A DNA stretch of 32,000 nucleotides from an uncultured archaeon. Its GTDB lineage: Archaea; Iainarchaeota; Iainarchaeia; Iainarchaeales; JAAZKV01. The translations under genes were made by a program, and so were the position numbers. Position 1 is the stretch's first letter. Every line of letters starts with the position of its first letter. The stretch lies in contig CAZKBG010000001.1 of NCBI GenBank assembly GCA_964551375.1, positions 914,136 to 946,135 on the forward strand, in the 5' to 3' direction. Positions 16,547-25,144 of the stretch are shown one piece after another. The notes under the pieces are model-generated. The model was not told the DNA's origin. It saw nothing but the letters and a program-made list of their open reading frames with translations, and ran no database searches.

Positions 16547-17113
16547 ATGGCTCACAAATCCACATATGAAGTACAATTTAGAAGAAGACGCGAAGGAAAG
16601 ACAGATTACAAGAAGAGACTTGCTTTAGTAAAATCAAAGAAAGTAAGAATCGTTGTAAGAAAAACAAACACAAGAATCATCGCACAGGCTATGAAATTCG
16701 ACCTTAAAGGAGATATTGCAATTGCATCAGTTGATTCAAAAGAACTAAAGAAGTACGGATGGCACGGAACAAACAACACTCCATCAGCATACTTAGTTGG
16801 ATTCTTGCTTGGAAAGAAAGCCGGAAAACAGCCATGTGTTCTTGACATCGGGAGAAAACACCCAAGCCACGGAAGCGTAATCTTTGCTGCATTAAAAGGA
16901 GCAGTTGACTCAGGGCTTGAAATGCCATACAGCGCGGACGCAGTGCCAAGCGAAGACAGATTAAACGGAAAAGTGCTTGATGATTACGCAAAGAAATTAG
17001 GCGACAAGGCAAAAGTTGTATTTGCAAGTTACATAAAGGAAGGAATCCAGCCAGGAACTTTCCAAAAAACTTTCGAAAAAGCAAAAGCTGAAATTGCGAA
17101 GGTGAAAGCATGA
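16547..17113 (+). CDS. rpl18: 50S ribosomal protein uL18
   Basis: ..FRRRREGKTDYKKRLALVKSKKVRIVVRKTNTRIIAQ.. is the canonical archaeal L18/L5e N-terminus. Confidence 0.94.
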   Translation: MAHKSTYEVQFRRRREGKTDYKKRLALVKSKKVRIVVRKTNTRIIAQAMKFDLKGDIAIASVDSKELKKYGWHGTNNTPSAYLVGFLLGKKAGKQPCVLDIGRKHPSHGSVIFAALKGAVDSGLEMPYSADAVPSEDRLNGKVLDDYAKKLGDKAKVVFASYIKEGIQPGTFQKTFEKAKAEIAKVKA

Positions 17114-17871
17114 ATAGACGAGGCGAAAATAAAGGACCAACTGCAGGAAAGCACGGCGGAAACAGAAGACCAAGAGCTGAAGAAACTGAAATCGAAAAGA
17201 TTGAAAGAGAAATAGTTGAAAGACAAGCGGTTTTAGCAAATTGGGTTCCAAAAACTGATCTTGGAAGAGCAGTAAAAGCTGGAAAAATTACAAACATTAA
17301 CGAAATATTTGACAAAGGAATGAGAGTAATGGAGCCTGAAATAATGGATTCATTATTAAAACTTGAAGACCACTTAATTCAGCTTGCGAGAACAACAAGA
17401 GTTACAAGAGCTGGAAGAAAATACTCTTACAGAGCAGAAGTAATCGTTGGAAACAAAGACGGATTTGTTGGGGTAGGAACAGCAAAAGACGCTGATAGAT
17501 TCCCAGCAATCAACAAAGCAAAAAGAGTTGCAAAATTAAACTTAATAAGAATATACAGAGGATCAGGCTCATGGGAAGAGCAGGCAACTGACGAAAAACA
17601 CTCGGTTCCATTCAAAGTTGAAGGACAAACAGGAAGTGTAAGAGTAACATTAATGCCTGCGCCAAAAGGAACTGGACTGGCTGTGGGAAAAGCAATAAGG
17701 CCAGTGCTTGAACTTTCAGGAATCAGAAATGTTTGGGGAAGAACAAAAGGAAGATCATCTATACACTTAAACTTTGTATTAGCAGCGATTGATGCTCTGT
17801 CACAAACAGGAAAAATGAAAGCATCAAGAGACATTGAAAGAAAAATGCAAAAAGAAGTAAGAGCACATTAA
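17110..17871 (+). CDS. rps5: 30S ribosomal protein uS5
   Basis: ..RTTRVTRAGRKYSYRAEVIVGNKDGFVGVGTAKDADRFPAINKAKRVAKLNLIRI.. and ..LMPAPKGTGLAVGKAIRPVLELSGI... 4-nt overlap with uL18. Confidence 0.94.
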   Translation: MNRRGENKGPTAGKHGGNRRPRAEETEIEKIEREIVERQAVLANWVPKTDLGRAVKAGKITNINEIFDKGMRVMEPEIMDSLLKLEDHLIQLARTTRVTRAGRKYSYRAEVIVGNKDGFVGVGTAKDADRFPAINKAKRVAKLNLIRIYRGSGSWEEQATDEKHSVPFKVEGQTGSVRVTLMPAPKGTGLAVGKAIRPVLELSGIRNVWGRTKGRSSIHLNFVLAAIDALSQTGKMKASRDIERKMQKEVRAH

Positions 17872-17904
17872 ATGGAGAATTAGGATTGTTTAGAGCGTGA
17901 TTTT

Positions 17905-18333
17905 ATGTATGCAGTAATAAGAATCAGAGGAACAGTAAATGTTGGGCCAAAAATCAAAAGAGCACTTGAACACTTAAACCTCAGGAGAATAAACAACCTA
18001 AGCCTTTGGGCAGTTGACAAGAAAACCGAAGGAATGCTTAACATTGTAAAAGACTACGCAACATACGGAAAAATAAACGACGAGACTCTAAAAGAATTAA
18101 TCTCAAAAAGAGCAAGACCTGTTGTAGCAGGCGCAAAAATTGACGCTAAGAAGGCAGTTGAAGAATTAAAAAAAGGAAAAACTCTGGCGCAAGTTGGAAT
18201 AAAAAACTGCTTTACTCTAAGCCCGCCAGCTGGCGGATTTGAAAGAAAGGGAGTAAAAGCTCCTTACTCACTGGGCGGAGCGCTTGGAAACAGAAAAGAA
18301 GAAATAAGCGAAATGATTGTAAAAATGATTTAA
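17905..18333 (+). CDS. rpl30: 50S ribosomal protein uL30
   Basis: MYAVIRIRGTVNVGPKIKRALEHLNLRRINN.. is the classic L30 start. Synteny supports it. Confidence 0.93.
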   Translation: MYAVIRIRGTVNVGPKIKRALEHLNLRRINNLSLWAVDKKTEGMLNIVKDYATYGKINDETLKELISKRARPVVAGAKIDAKKAVEELKKGKTLAQVGIKNCFTLSPPAGGFERKGVKAPYSLGGALGNRKEEISEMIVKMI

Positions 18334-18385
18334 TTATTTGGAGAAAAGAAAGGTTATATTTGTTAAGAGCAGTTGGGTGAAAGCA

Positions 18386-18895
18386 ATGGTTGAAAGAAAA
18401 CGAAGAAAGAAAAACAAGCTAAGAGGACAGCGAACAATGGGAGCAGGCAACACCAAAAACCGAAGAGGGGCTGGCTCAAGAGGCGGAAGAGGAAAGTCAG
18501 GAGCAAACAAGCACAACTTTCACACAATCGGAAGACTAAAACCTGCTTTATACAGACTTGGCGCTGAAAAGAAAGGAAAAGAAATCACTCTTGCAAGACT
18601 AGATTTAACACTTGACGATTTAGTAAGCACAGGAAGAGTTGCAAAAGAAGGCGACAAATACATTGTAACAAAGAAATCTGGTTACGCTAAAGTTTTAAGC
18701 CAGGGCGAAGCAACGCACAAAATAGTGCTGAAAATAAACGCCTCAAAGAAAACAATTGATAAAATCAAAAAAGCGGGCGGAAAGTTTGAATTCGCAAAGA
18801 AAGGATTCAAAACTGATGACACTGTATTCAGCGGAGACGAAGCGGATGAAGATCTTGAATTCGAAGAAGCTGAAGGAGAAGTTGAAGAGAAGTAA
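18386..18895 (+). CDS. rpl15: 50S ribosomal protein uL15 with acidic C-terminal tail
   Basis: ..KLRGQRTMGAGNTKNRRGAGSRGGRGKSG.. is an L15 motif. ATG 18386 lies 5 nt after GGTGA; the tracked start 18338 is probably upstream read-through. The C-terminus is DEADEDLEFEEAEGEVEEK. Confidence 0.9.
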   Translation: MVERKRRKKNKLRGQRTMGAGNTKNRRGAGSRGGRGKSGANKHNFHTIGRLKPALYRLGAEKKGKEITLARLDLTLDDLVSTGRVAKEGDKYIVTKKSGYAKVLSQGEATHKIVLKINASKKTIDKIKKAGGKFEFAKKGFKTDDTVFSGDEADEDLEFEEAEGEVEEK

Positions 18896-19039
18896 AACTC
18901 TCTTCAAAAAAATTTTTTAAAGCCTTAAAGAGGGGGCTTGAGCATAAATTGGTTTTGGCTGTTCAAAAAATAAGAAGGCTTAAAAACCCATTTACATTAT
19001 TTTAATTAGAAAACATAATTTTTGAAAAAATAATAGCGG

Positions 19040-20425
19040 GTGAATGGATTGGGAGCAATAATTGACACACTTGTAGGAATATCCCAGTACTTGCCTGAAA
19101 TTAAACGCCCGGAAAAAGAAGTAACTTTTAAAACAAAAATGCTCTGGACTCTTGTTGCCCTATTAATCTTTTTCATAATGGCAAAAATAAGGCTTGTAGG
19201 ACTTGATGTGACAAGCCAAAGCGTTCAGCAGATAATTTTCGCGCAAACACTGCTTGCAAGCGAAGTTGGAACAATAATAACAGCAGGAATCGGGCCAATT
19301 GTAATGGCATCAATCTTTTTACAGCTTTTTTCAGGAGCAAAACTAATCAACCTTGACCTTGGAAGCCAGGAAGGAAGAGCAAAATTCCAACAGCTTCAAA
19401 AAATACTTGCAGTAGTATTATGCTTTGTTGAAGGATTCATTTACGTAGCAAGCGGACTATTAACTCCAATCGGCGGAGGAGGAATAATGAACCCAATGAC
19501 ATTATTTTTAACTTTGCAAATAGCCGCAGGCTCGCTGATATTATTATACTTAGACGAAATAGTTTCAAAATACGGAATCGGCTCAGGAGTAAGCTTATTT
19601 ATCGCAGCAGGAGTAACTGGCGGATTATTTTGGGCAACATTATTCCCTCCGATTGAAACAGCGCTTGACCCAGGACTTGCATCAGGAGGAATATTATTCA
19701 GAATGTTTGCGACAGGAGACCCGACATTAATTTTGCCAATAATAGGTGTGATAGCAATTTTCTTAGTAGTTGTATTTGCCGAAGGAATGCATGTAAATAT
19801 TCCAATAACAATGGGCTATAGGGGAACAGGCGGAAGATATCCTGTTAAATTTTTGTACGTAAGCAACATGCCTGTAATTTTAGCAATGGCGCTTTTTATG
19901 AACTTCCAGTTATGGGCATTATTTGTCCAAAAAGTTCCAATCCTTGGGCAAATCCTAAGCGGAATTGCGTGGGCGACAAATGTTCCAAACATCGGCGGAT
20001 TAAGCCTTGTGCACGGACTAATAGTCCAGGGGTTTACTAATGCCGCAATGATTGCAATTGCGCAAGGGATTGTGTTCTTAGCATTATTAATAATCGCATG
20101 TGTTGTATTTGGATGGTTCTGGGTTCAAATGGGAAACCAGAGCACAGGAGCAGTTGCAGCTCAGCTTGAAAGAAGCGGAATGCAGATACCAGGATTTAGA
20201 AGAGACAAGAGAGTTATTGAAAAAGTGCTTGAAAGATACATTCCTCCAATCACAATCCTTGGCTCAATATTTGTTGCATTACTTGCGGGCTTAGGAGACT
20301 TTGTTTTAGCAGGAGTAACAAGCGGAACAGGAATATTACTAACTGTTGGAATCATATACCGTTTCTACGAAGAAATCGCAAAATCACAGCAGGAACTCTT
20401 GGCAAAATACCTTGGAAAAATGTGA
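19040..20425 (+). CDS. secY: Protein translocase subunit SecY (Sec61 alpha)
   Basis: 461 aa, about 10 TM segments, and ..LGSQEGRAKFQQLQK.., ..GIGSGVSLFIAAG.., ..IPGFRRDKRVIEKVLERYIPPIT.. motifs. Canonical position after uL15. GTG start; the nearby ATG is out of frame. Confidence 0.93.
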   Translation: MNGLGAIIDTLVGISQYLPEIKRPEKEVTFKTKMLWTLVALLIFFIMAKIRLVGLDVTSQSVQQIIFAQTLLASEVGTIITAGIGPIVMASIFLQLFSGAKLINLDLGSQEGRAKFQQLQKILAVVLCFVEGFIYVASGLLTPIGGGGIMNPMTLFLTLQIAAGSLILLYLDEIVSKYGIGSGVSLFIAAGVTGGLFWATLFPPIETALDPGLASGGILFRMFATGDPTLILPIIGVIAIFLVVVFAEGMHVNIPITMGYRGTGGRYPVKFLYVSNMPVILAMALFMNFQLWALFVQKVPILGQILSGIAWATNVPNIGGLSLVHGLIVQGFTNAAMIAIAQGIVFLALLIIACVVFGWFWVQMGNQSTGAVAAQLERSGMQIPGFRRDKRVIEKVLERYIPPITILGSIFVALLAGLGDFVLAGVTSGTGILLTVGIIYRFYEEIAKSQQELLAKYLGKM

Positions 20426-20568
20426 ATAAAAGGTAATTAGCAAAGAAATTTGATATTTATAAATAATAATTAGATTTTAGAGGCAATTTTAGGAGGCTTG
20501 ATAAGAGCCTTTTTAAAGGTTGTCTTTAAGAAAATAATTATACTGGTGAGTAAAAAAAGGGTGAATGT

Positions 20569-21084
20569 TTGGTTCCTGCACAGGCAATACTGGCAATTAC
20601 AGTAGGACTTGCTGCAATAACGAAGATTCTCCAGAGGAAATTTGGAAACAGGGAAAAAGTAAAAGAACTCCAGTTGAAGATGAAGGATGATAATAAAAGA
20701 TTTAAAGAATTGTTTAAGGAGGCAGATAAAAACAAGAAAGAGATTGACGAGTTGCAGACGAGAATTTTGCAGACAAATATGGAAATAATGAACTCAACAA
20801 TGAAGTTGAATTTCATAATACTTCCGGTTTTTTTGCTCGCGCTCTGGGGAATGGGTTTTCTATTCACAGGAGTAATTTTTGAATCAATAATTCCGCTGCC
20901 AAGATTTTTAGACTTCTCAATCTGGAGCCCCGGAAGCTGGATACCTGCATGCGTATTTAACGGCGGAGAATGCCTGACAATGCAGACAGGGTATTACAAA
21001 GCTTATTTCTTTTATTATTTGATTGCAACAATTGTATTTGGAATTATTGAAAAAATATATGATATGGCAAAAAAGAGAAAATGA
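20569..21084 (+). CDS. DUF106-family membrane protein (archaeal YidC/Oxa1/EMC3-like insertase, Mj0480-type)
   Basis: Architecture is TM1 (AQAILAITVGLAAITKIL), a long K/E-rich coiled-coil hairpin (RKFGNREKVKELQLKMKDDNKRFKELFKEADKNKKEIDELQ..), TM2 (FIILPVFLLALWGMGFLF) and TM3 (AYFFYYLIATIVFGII). It holds the conserved archaeal position downstream of secY. Apparent TTG start 4 nt after GGTGA (20560-20564). Confidence 0.7.
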   Translation: MVPAQAILAITVGLAAITKILQRKFGNREKVKELQLKMKDDNKRFKELFKEADKNKKEIDELQTRILQTNMEIMNSTMKLNFIILPVFLLALWGMGFLFTGVIFESIIPLPRFLDFSIWSPGSWIPACVFNGGECLTMQTGYYKAYFFYYLIATIVFGIIEKIYDMAKKRK

Positions 21085-21139
21085 TTTTTAAAATTTGGAA
21101 TTTGAAAAAAATATTTGGATAATATTTATTGGTGATGAA

Positions 21140-21481
21140 ATGGTTGCTCCCGGAAAACGAAGAATGCAGTACAAGAACAAAAAAACAGCTACTGAAACAA
21201 AAAGAGAATACTTCAAGGGAAAGCACAAAAAAATCAAATGCTCAATAACAGGAAAACCATTAGCAGGAGTTCCGCATGAAACAAAAGCAGGACTTTTGGG
21301 AAAAAGCAAGAGCGAAAAGAGACCAACAGCTCCGTTTGGAGGAATACTTTCAGGCGAAGCGAGAGAAGATGTGTTTATTGAACTTGGAAAAGTTGTTGCA
21401 GGCGTTAAAGGAATAGACGATGTTGACGACAAATACAGAAAATATGTAAAACAGGCGATGAAAAGAGCGGATATTAATTAA
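21140..21481 (+). CDS. rpl34e: 50S ribosomal protein eL34 (L34e)
   Basis: MVAPGKRRMQYKNKKT..KIKCSITGKPLAGVPHE.. matches the L34e pattern (..C..CGK.L.GVP). ATG lies 4 nt after GGTGA (21131-21135). Confidence 0.85.
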   Translation: MVAPGKRRMQYKNKKTATETKREYFKGKHKKIKCSITGKPLAGVPHETKAGLLGKSKSEKRPTAPFGGILSGEAREDVFIELGKVVAGVKGIDDVDDKYRKYVKQAMKRADIN

Positions 21482-21507
21482 TTGGATGAATTTTTGAGGA
21501 AAAAGAT

Positions 21508-21729
21508 GTGATAGTTATGGATGTTGGCCAAGTTTGCATAAAAACAAAAGGAAAAGAGGCGGGAAGAACAGTAGTAGTTTTGTCAAAGCCAAAAGAAGGA
21601 AAAGTATTAGTCGACGGGCCAAAAGTAAAGAGAAAAACATGCAATGTTTTGCACTTATTCCCAGTGGGAAAAGAAGTAAAAGTAAAAGAAGAAGCTTCGC
21701 ACGATGAAGTAATGAAGGCTTTGAAGTAA
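21508..21729 (+). CDS. rpl14e: 50S ribosomal protein eL14 (L14e)
   Basis: ..DVGQVCIKTKGKEAGRTVVVLSKPKEGKVLVDGPKVKRKTCNVLHLFP.. is a KOW-type L14e core. GTG 21508 fits the upstream GAGGA SD and the Sulfolobus L14e N-terminal length. ATG 21517 is the alternative. Confidence 0.85.
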   Translation: MIVMDVGQVCIKTKGKEAGRTVVVLSKPKEGKVLVDGPKVKRKTCNVLHLFPVGKEVKVKEEASHDEVMKALK

Positions 21730-21760
21730 TTATATTTGGAAATGAATGAGTTGATAAACA

Positions 21761-22276
21761 ATGGCAGCAGCAGAATTTAATTATATAGTACGTGTAATCG
21801 GAAAAGACCTTGACGGCACAAAAAACATAGAAACAAGCCTGCAGGGAATAAAAGGAATAGGGCAGAGAGTTGGCGGGCTAATAGCAACTCAATTTAGAAA
21901 AGAAAACAAAATCGCAAGAGGAAGAAGACTTGGCGAACTAACTAATGAAGAAATAAAGAAACTTGAGGACGTTATACTTGCTCCTGAAAAACACAAACTT
22001 CCTGTGTGGACATTAAACAGACAGAAAGATATTGAAACAGGCGCTGACAAGCACTTGACAATGAACGATTTAGCATTCTCACTAAGAACAGACCTTACAA
22101 ACATGGCTGAAATAAAGTCATACAAAGGACTAAGACACATGTGGGGACTGACAGTAAGAGGACAGAAGACAAAGAGCAAACACAGAGGAAAAGGCGGAAC
22201 TGTTGGTGTAACAAAGAAAGATGTCGGCAAGCCAGCTGCAGGAAAACCTGCGCCAGCTAAGGACGCTAAGAAGTGA
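21761..22276 (+). CDS. rps13: 30S ribosomal protein uS13
   Basis: ..[36 protein letters not shown].., ..[30 protein letters not shown]... Confidence 0.94.
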   Translation: MAAAEFNYIVRVIGKDLDGTKNIETSLQGIKGIGQRVGGLIATQFRKENKIARGRRLGELTNEEIKKLEDVILAPEKHKLPVWTLNRQKDIETGADKHLTMNDLAFSLRTDLTNMAEIKSYKGLRHMWGLTVRGQKTKSKHRGKGGTVGVTKKDVGKPAAGKPAPAKDAKK

Positions 22277-22281
22277 TGATT

Positions 22282-22884
22282 ATGGGTGACCCAAAGAAGA
22301 AACGAAAACAATTTGACAGACCAAGACGATCTTTCCAGAAAGAGAGAATCGAAAAAGAAAGAGACTTAAAGAAAGTATACGGTCTGAAAAACAAAAGAGA
22401 ACTTTACAGATCAGAAACAATCATAAGAACAAAAAGAGGGACTGCAAGAAAGTTACTTGCTTTGGCGCTTGAAAACAGACTTAAGAGAGAAAAAGAACTT
22501 CTTGATTCACTAAAAGTTATGGGAATCTTAAGAGGAACACCATCTCTTGACGATGTGCTTGTACTGACTCCAGAGGCACTACTTGAAAGAAGACTTCAGA
22601 CAATTGTATGGAGAAAAGGAATGGCAAACACTCCAAAGCAGGCAAGACAATTCATTGTACACGGACACGTTCAGATTGACGGAATGAAAGTTGACAAGCC
22701 AAGCTATATAGTTGGAGCTGACGAAGAAGCAAAAATAACATGGCACGGCGACGAAATGATGTTTGAACAGAAGAAACAAAAAGTTTCAAAGAAAGACCAC
22801 GCGAAAGCGGAAAAAGAATCAGAACTAAAGAAACAGTTCGACGAAGCAAAGCCTGTTGAAGCAAAAAAAGAGGCTAAGGAATAA
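22282..22884 (+). CDS. rps4: 30S ribosomal protein uS4 with Lys/Glu-rich C-terminal tail
   Basis: [16 protein letters not shown].. start and an S4 domain (..[44 protein letters not shown]..). The tail is [40 protein letters not shown] 22276 is also possible. Confidence 0.92.
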   Translation: MGDPKKKRKQFDRPRRSFQKERIEKERDLKKVYGLKNKRELYRSETIIRTKRGTARKLLALALENRLKREKELLDSLKVMGILRGTPSLDDVLVLTPEALLERRLQTIVWRKGMANTPKQARQFIVHGHVQIDGMKVDKPSYIVGADEEAKITWHGDEMMFEQKKQKVSKKDHAKAEKESELKKQFDEAKPVEAKKEAKE

Positions 22885-22898
22885 TATTTGGTGATGAA

Positions 22899-23288
22899 AT
22901 GGCAGAAAATAGAGGAGTAATCCACATTTATGCAACGCATAACAATACAATGATGCTACTGACAGACTTAACAGGCGCAGAAACAATCTCAAAAGCAACA
23001 GGCGGAATGGAAACAAAAGCACAGCACAAAGAAGGCTCTCCTTACGTTGCAATGAAGTTAGCTGAAAATATTGCAAATGCTGCAAAAGAAAAAGGAATAC
23101 GCGAAGTGTTTGTAAAAGTAAGAGGACACGGCGGAAACAGAAGCCCTTCACCAGGAACAGGCGCAGAAGCAGCAATAAGGTCACTTACAAGAAACGGCCT
23201 AAGAATCGTTTCAATTGAAAACGTAACTCCGCTTCCTCACGATGGGTGCAGAAAGCAGAAGAAATTCAGAGGAAAATCACAGAAGTAA
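22899..23288 (+). CDS. rps11: 30S ribosomal protein uS11
   Basis: ..GVIHIYATHNNTMMLLTDLTGAETISKATGGM.., ..GPGTGAEAAIRSLTRNGLRIVSIENVTPLPHDGCR.. (sequence shows SPSPGTGAEAA). GGTGA lies 4 nt upstream. Confidence 0.95.
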   Translation: MAENRGVIHIYATHNNTMMLLTDLTGAETISKATGGMETKAQHKEGSPYVAMKLAENIANAAKEKGIREVFVKVRGHGGNRSPSPGTGAEAAIRSLTRNGLRIVSIENVTPLPHDGCRKQKKFRGKSQK

Positions 23289-23314
23289 ATAAATTAAATT
23301 TAAAGGTGTAAAAA

Positions 23315-24061
23315 ATGGACATAAAAAAAGTTTATGAAAAAGGAACTGTTACAAAATACCTTGTAAAAGGAACTGACGCTTCGTTCATGAACACACTAAG
23401 AAGAACAGTAATGACAAAAGTTCCATGCCTTGCAATAGACCAGATACAAATTTATGAAAATGACTCAGTAATCTTTGATGAGATGCTCGCAAACCGACTT
23501 GGGCTTCTTCCAATCAAAACTGATGTTAAAGGATACAAAAAAGGCGACACAGTAAAATTGGTTTTGGAAAAAACAGGCCCGTGCCTTGTAACAAGCAAAG
23601 ACATAAAATGCACAGACCCAAAAATAGAAATACTTGACAAGAAAATTCCAATTACAAAACTCGGAAAAGAGCAGAATATTAAAATTGAAATGACTGCAGT
23701 AATGAACACTGGAAGCGAGCACGTAAGATTCCAGCCGGCAATTGTTTCATACAACGAGCTTATTGAAGTAATTAACGACAAAAGCTATGACACTAAAGCA
23801 ATTTTAGCAGAAGTTCCAAAAGGAGCAATGGAAGTAAAAGCGGGAAAATTATTCTTCGCTGACCCTTACAACACAGAACAGCAGAACCAGCACCTTGACA
23901 TACTAAGAAAACACGGCGTGAAATTCGAATACAGCAAGACTGACTTTGTATTATCAATAGACTCAACAGGACAAATGACTCCAAGAGAATTACTTGAGAG
24001 CGCAATTGGCCAGTTGACTCTAAATCTTGACGCGCTCGATGAGCAAATCAAGAAGTTATAA
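23315..24061 (+). CDS. rpoD: DNA-directed RNA polymerase subunit D (Rpo3)
   Basis: ..FMNTLRRTVMTKVPCLAIDQIQIYENDSVIFDEMLANRLGLLPIK.. is the RPB3/RpoD dimerisation motif. Position after uS11. There are only 3 Cys, so no 4Fe-4S cluster domain is apparent. Confidence 0.9.
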   Translation: MDIKKVYEKGTVTKYLVKGTDASFMNTLRRTVMTKVPCLAIDQIQIYENDSVIFDEMLANRLGLLPIKTDVKGYKKGDTVKLVLEKTGPCLVTSKDIKCTDPKIEILDKKIPITKLGKEQNIKIEMTAVMNTGSEHVRFQPAIVSYNELIEVINDKSYDTKAILAEVPKGAMEVKAGKLFFADPYNTEQQNQHLDILRKHGVKFEYSKTDFVLSIDSTGQMTPRELLESAIGQLTLNLDALDEQIKKL

Positions 24062-24172
24062 GGTTAATGATTCACAAAGTGAATCAAGACCGGCCGAACT
24101 TGACGGCTCAAAGGGGATTAGCCAGAAAAAAGCTAAGCCAAGCTGGGACAAAGTAAAATCGGCATTGGTTAA

Positions 24173-24256
24173 GCAGGGGTTCCCGAGCGGTCAAAGGGGC
24201 AGGACTTAAGATCCTGTGGCTTAGTGCCTTCGCAAGTTCGAATCTTGTCCCCTGCA
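24173..24256 (+). tRNA. tRNA-Leu (anticodon UAA), class II with long variable arm; CCA not encoded
   Basis: Manual fold: acceptor GCAGGGG/CCCCTGC plus discriminator A; 3-bp D stem CCC/GGG; anticodon stem CAGGA/TCCTG with loop CTTAAGA (U33, TAA, G37); variable stem-loop GGC-TTAGT-GCC; T arm GCAAG-TTCGAAT-CTTGT. Confidence 0.9.
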
Positions 24257-24303
24257 TGAATAGTTAGAATGATATTTAGTAATTGAAATTGATGTGATAA
24301 AAA

Positions 24304-24663
24304 ATGGCAAAAAAGTTAGAAACAATAAAGCTCATTGCGAGCCTTGAAAAAGCAGCTAAGTCAACAGAAAGCGCTATATGGGCGGATTTGGCAGAAAGAT
24401 TAGTTAAGCCAACAAGAAATAAAGTAGTGGTTAACCTTGACAAGCTTAATGTAATGGCAAAGAAGAACAAGGGAAAAATACTTCTTGTGCCTGGAAAAGT
24501 TTTAGTTAAAGGCGAACTGACTGAAAAAGCAAAAGTAGTTGCAGTAAACGCTTCAGAAGGCGCAAAAGCAAAAATCGCAGCCAAAGGGGAATTTATTTTA
24601 CTAAAAGATTTCGCAAAAGATGTAAGCAGAGTTAAAGCAAGCGAAATAGTCATAGTAAAGTGA
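24304..24663 (+). CDS. rpl18e: 50S ribosomal protein eL18 (L18e)
   Basis: ..AIWADLAERLVKPTRNKVVVNLDKLN..KILLVPGKVLVKGELTEKAKVVAVNASEGAKAKI.. is typical L18e. Conserved position before uL13. Confidence 0.9.
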   Translation: MAKKLETIKLIASLEKAAKSTESAIWADLAERLVKPTRNKVVVNLDKLNVMAKKNKGKILLVPGKVLVKGELTEKAKVVAVNASEGAKAKIAAKGEFILLKDFAKDVSRVKASEIVIVK

Positions 24664-24704
24664 TTAAAGCCAAAATGGGGATATGATTTACAAGGTGTTA
24701 TAGT

Positions 24705-25127
24705 ATGATGGTAATAGACGCAAAAGGACTTGTTGCAGGAAGAATAGCAACAAAAGTGGCAAAATCACTAATAAACGGCGAAAGCGTAATAGTTCTAAAT
24801 GCACAAGATGCAGTAATGACAGGAACCAGAAACAGCATAATTGAAAAATTCAAGAGAAGAGTTGACGCAGCAGTAAAGTCAAACCCTCACTACGGACCAA
24901 AATACGCAAGAATTCCTGACAGAATGTTCAGACGAATGGTTAGAAACATGCTTCCAACAACAAAAAGAGCAAAAGAAAGACTGATAAAAAAACTTTCAGT
25001 ATACAACTCAGTTCCAGCAGAGCTTGCAAAAGAAAAAGCAGTTACTTTTGAAATGTTTAAATGCAACGAAAGACACGCATTCATGACATTTAAGGAAATC
25101 GCGCTAGAACTTGGCGGAAGATGGTAA
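24705..25127 (+). CDS. rpl13: 50S ribosomal protein uL13
   Basis: MMVIDAKGLVAGRIATKVAKSLINGESVIVLNAQDAVMTG.., ..MVRNMLP..KRAKERLIKKLSVY... Confidence 0.94.
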   Translation: MMVIDAKGLVAGRIATKVAKSLINGESVIVLNAQDAVMTGTRNSIIEKFKRRVDAAVKSNPHYGPKYARIPDRMFRRMVRNMLPTTKRAKERLIKKLSVYNSVPAELAKEKAVTFEMFKCNERHAFMTFKEIALELGGRW

Positions 25128-25144
25128 TTTTTAAGGTGTAAAAA

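Noticed and set aside
16704-17315. 203-aa minus-strand ORF, plus 84-aa and 65-aa minus ORFs
   Set aside because: They are antisense to uL18 and uS5. The sequence is Leu/Phe/Arg-rich nonsense, a shadow ORF.
20100-20294. 64-aa plus-strand alternative-frame ORF and 64-aa minus ORF inside secY
   Set aside because: Both are embedded in the conserved SecY reading frame, with no independent signals.
20565-20690. ATG 20565 as the start of the gene after secY
   Set aside because: That frame gives about 40 codons (MFGSCTGNTGNYSRTCCNNEDSPEE..) and then a stop. The TTG 20569 frame yields a 171-aa protein with DUF106-like topology.
24027-24209. 60-aa plus-strand ORF spanning the rpoD end, the spacer and the 5' part of tRNA-Leu
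   Set aside because: It overlaps the rpoD stop region in another frame and runs into a well-folding tRNA. It has no SD. It is almost certainly spurious, though the spacer itself is flagged as a low-interest finding.
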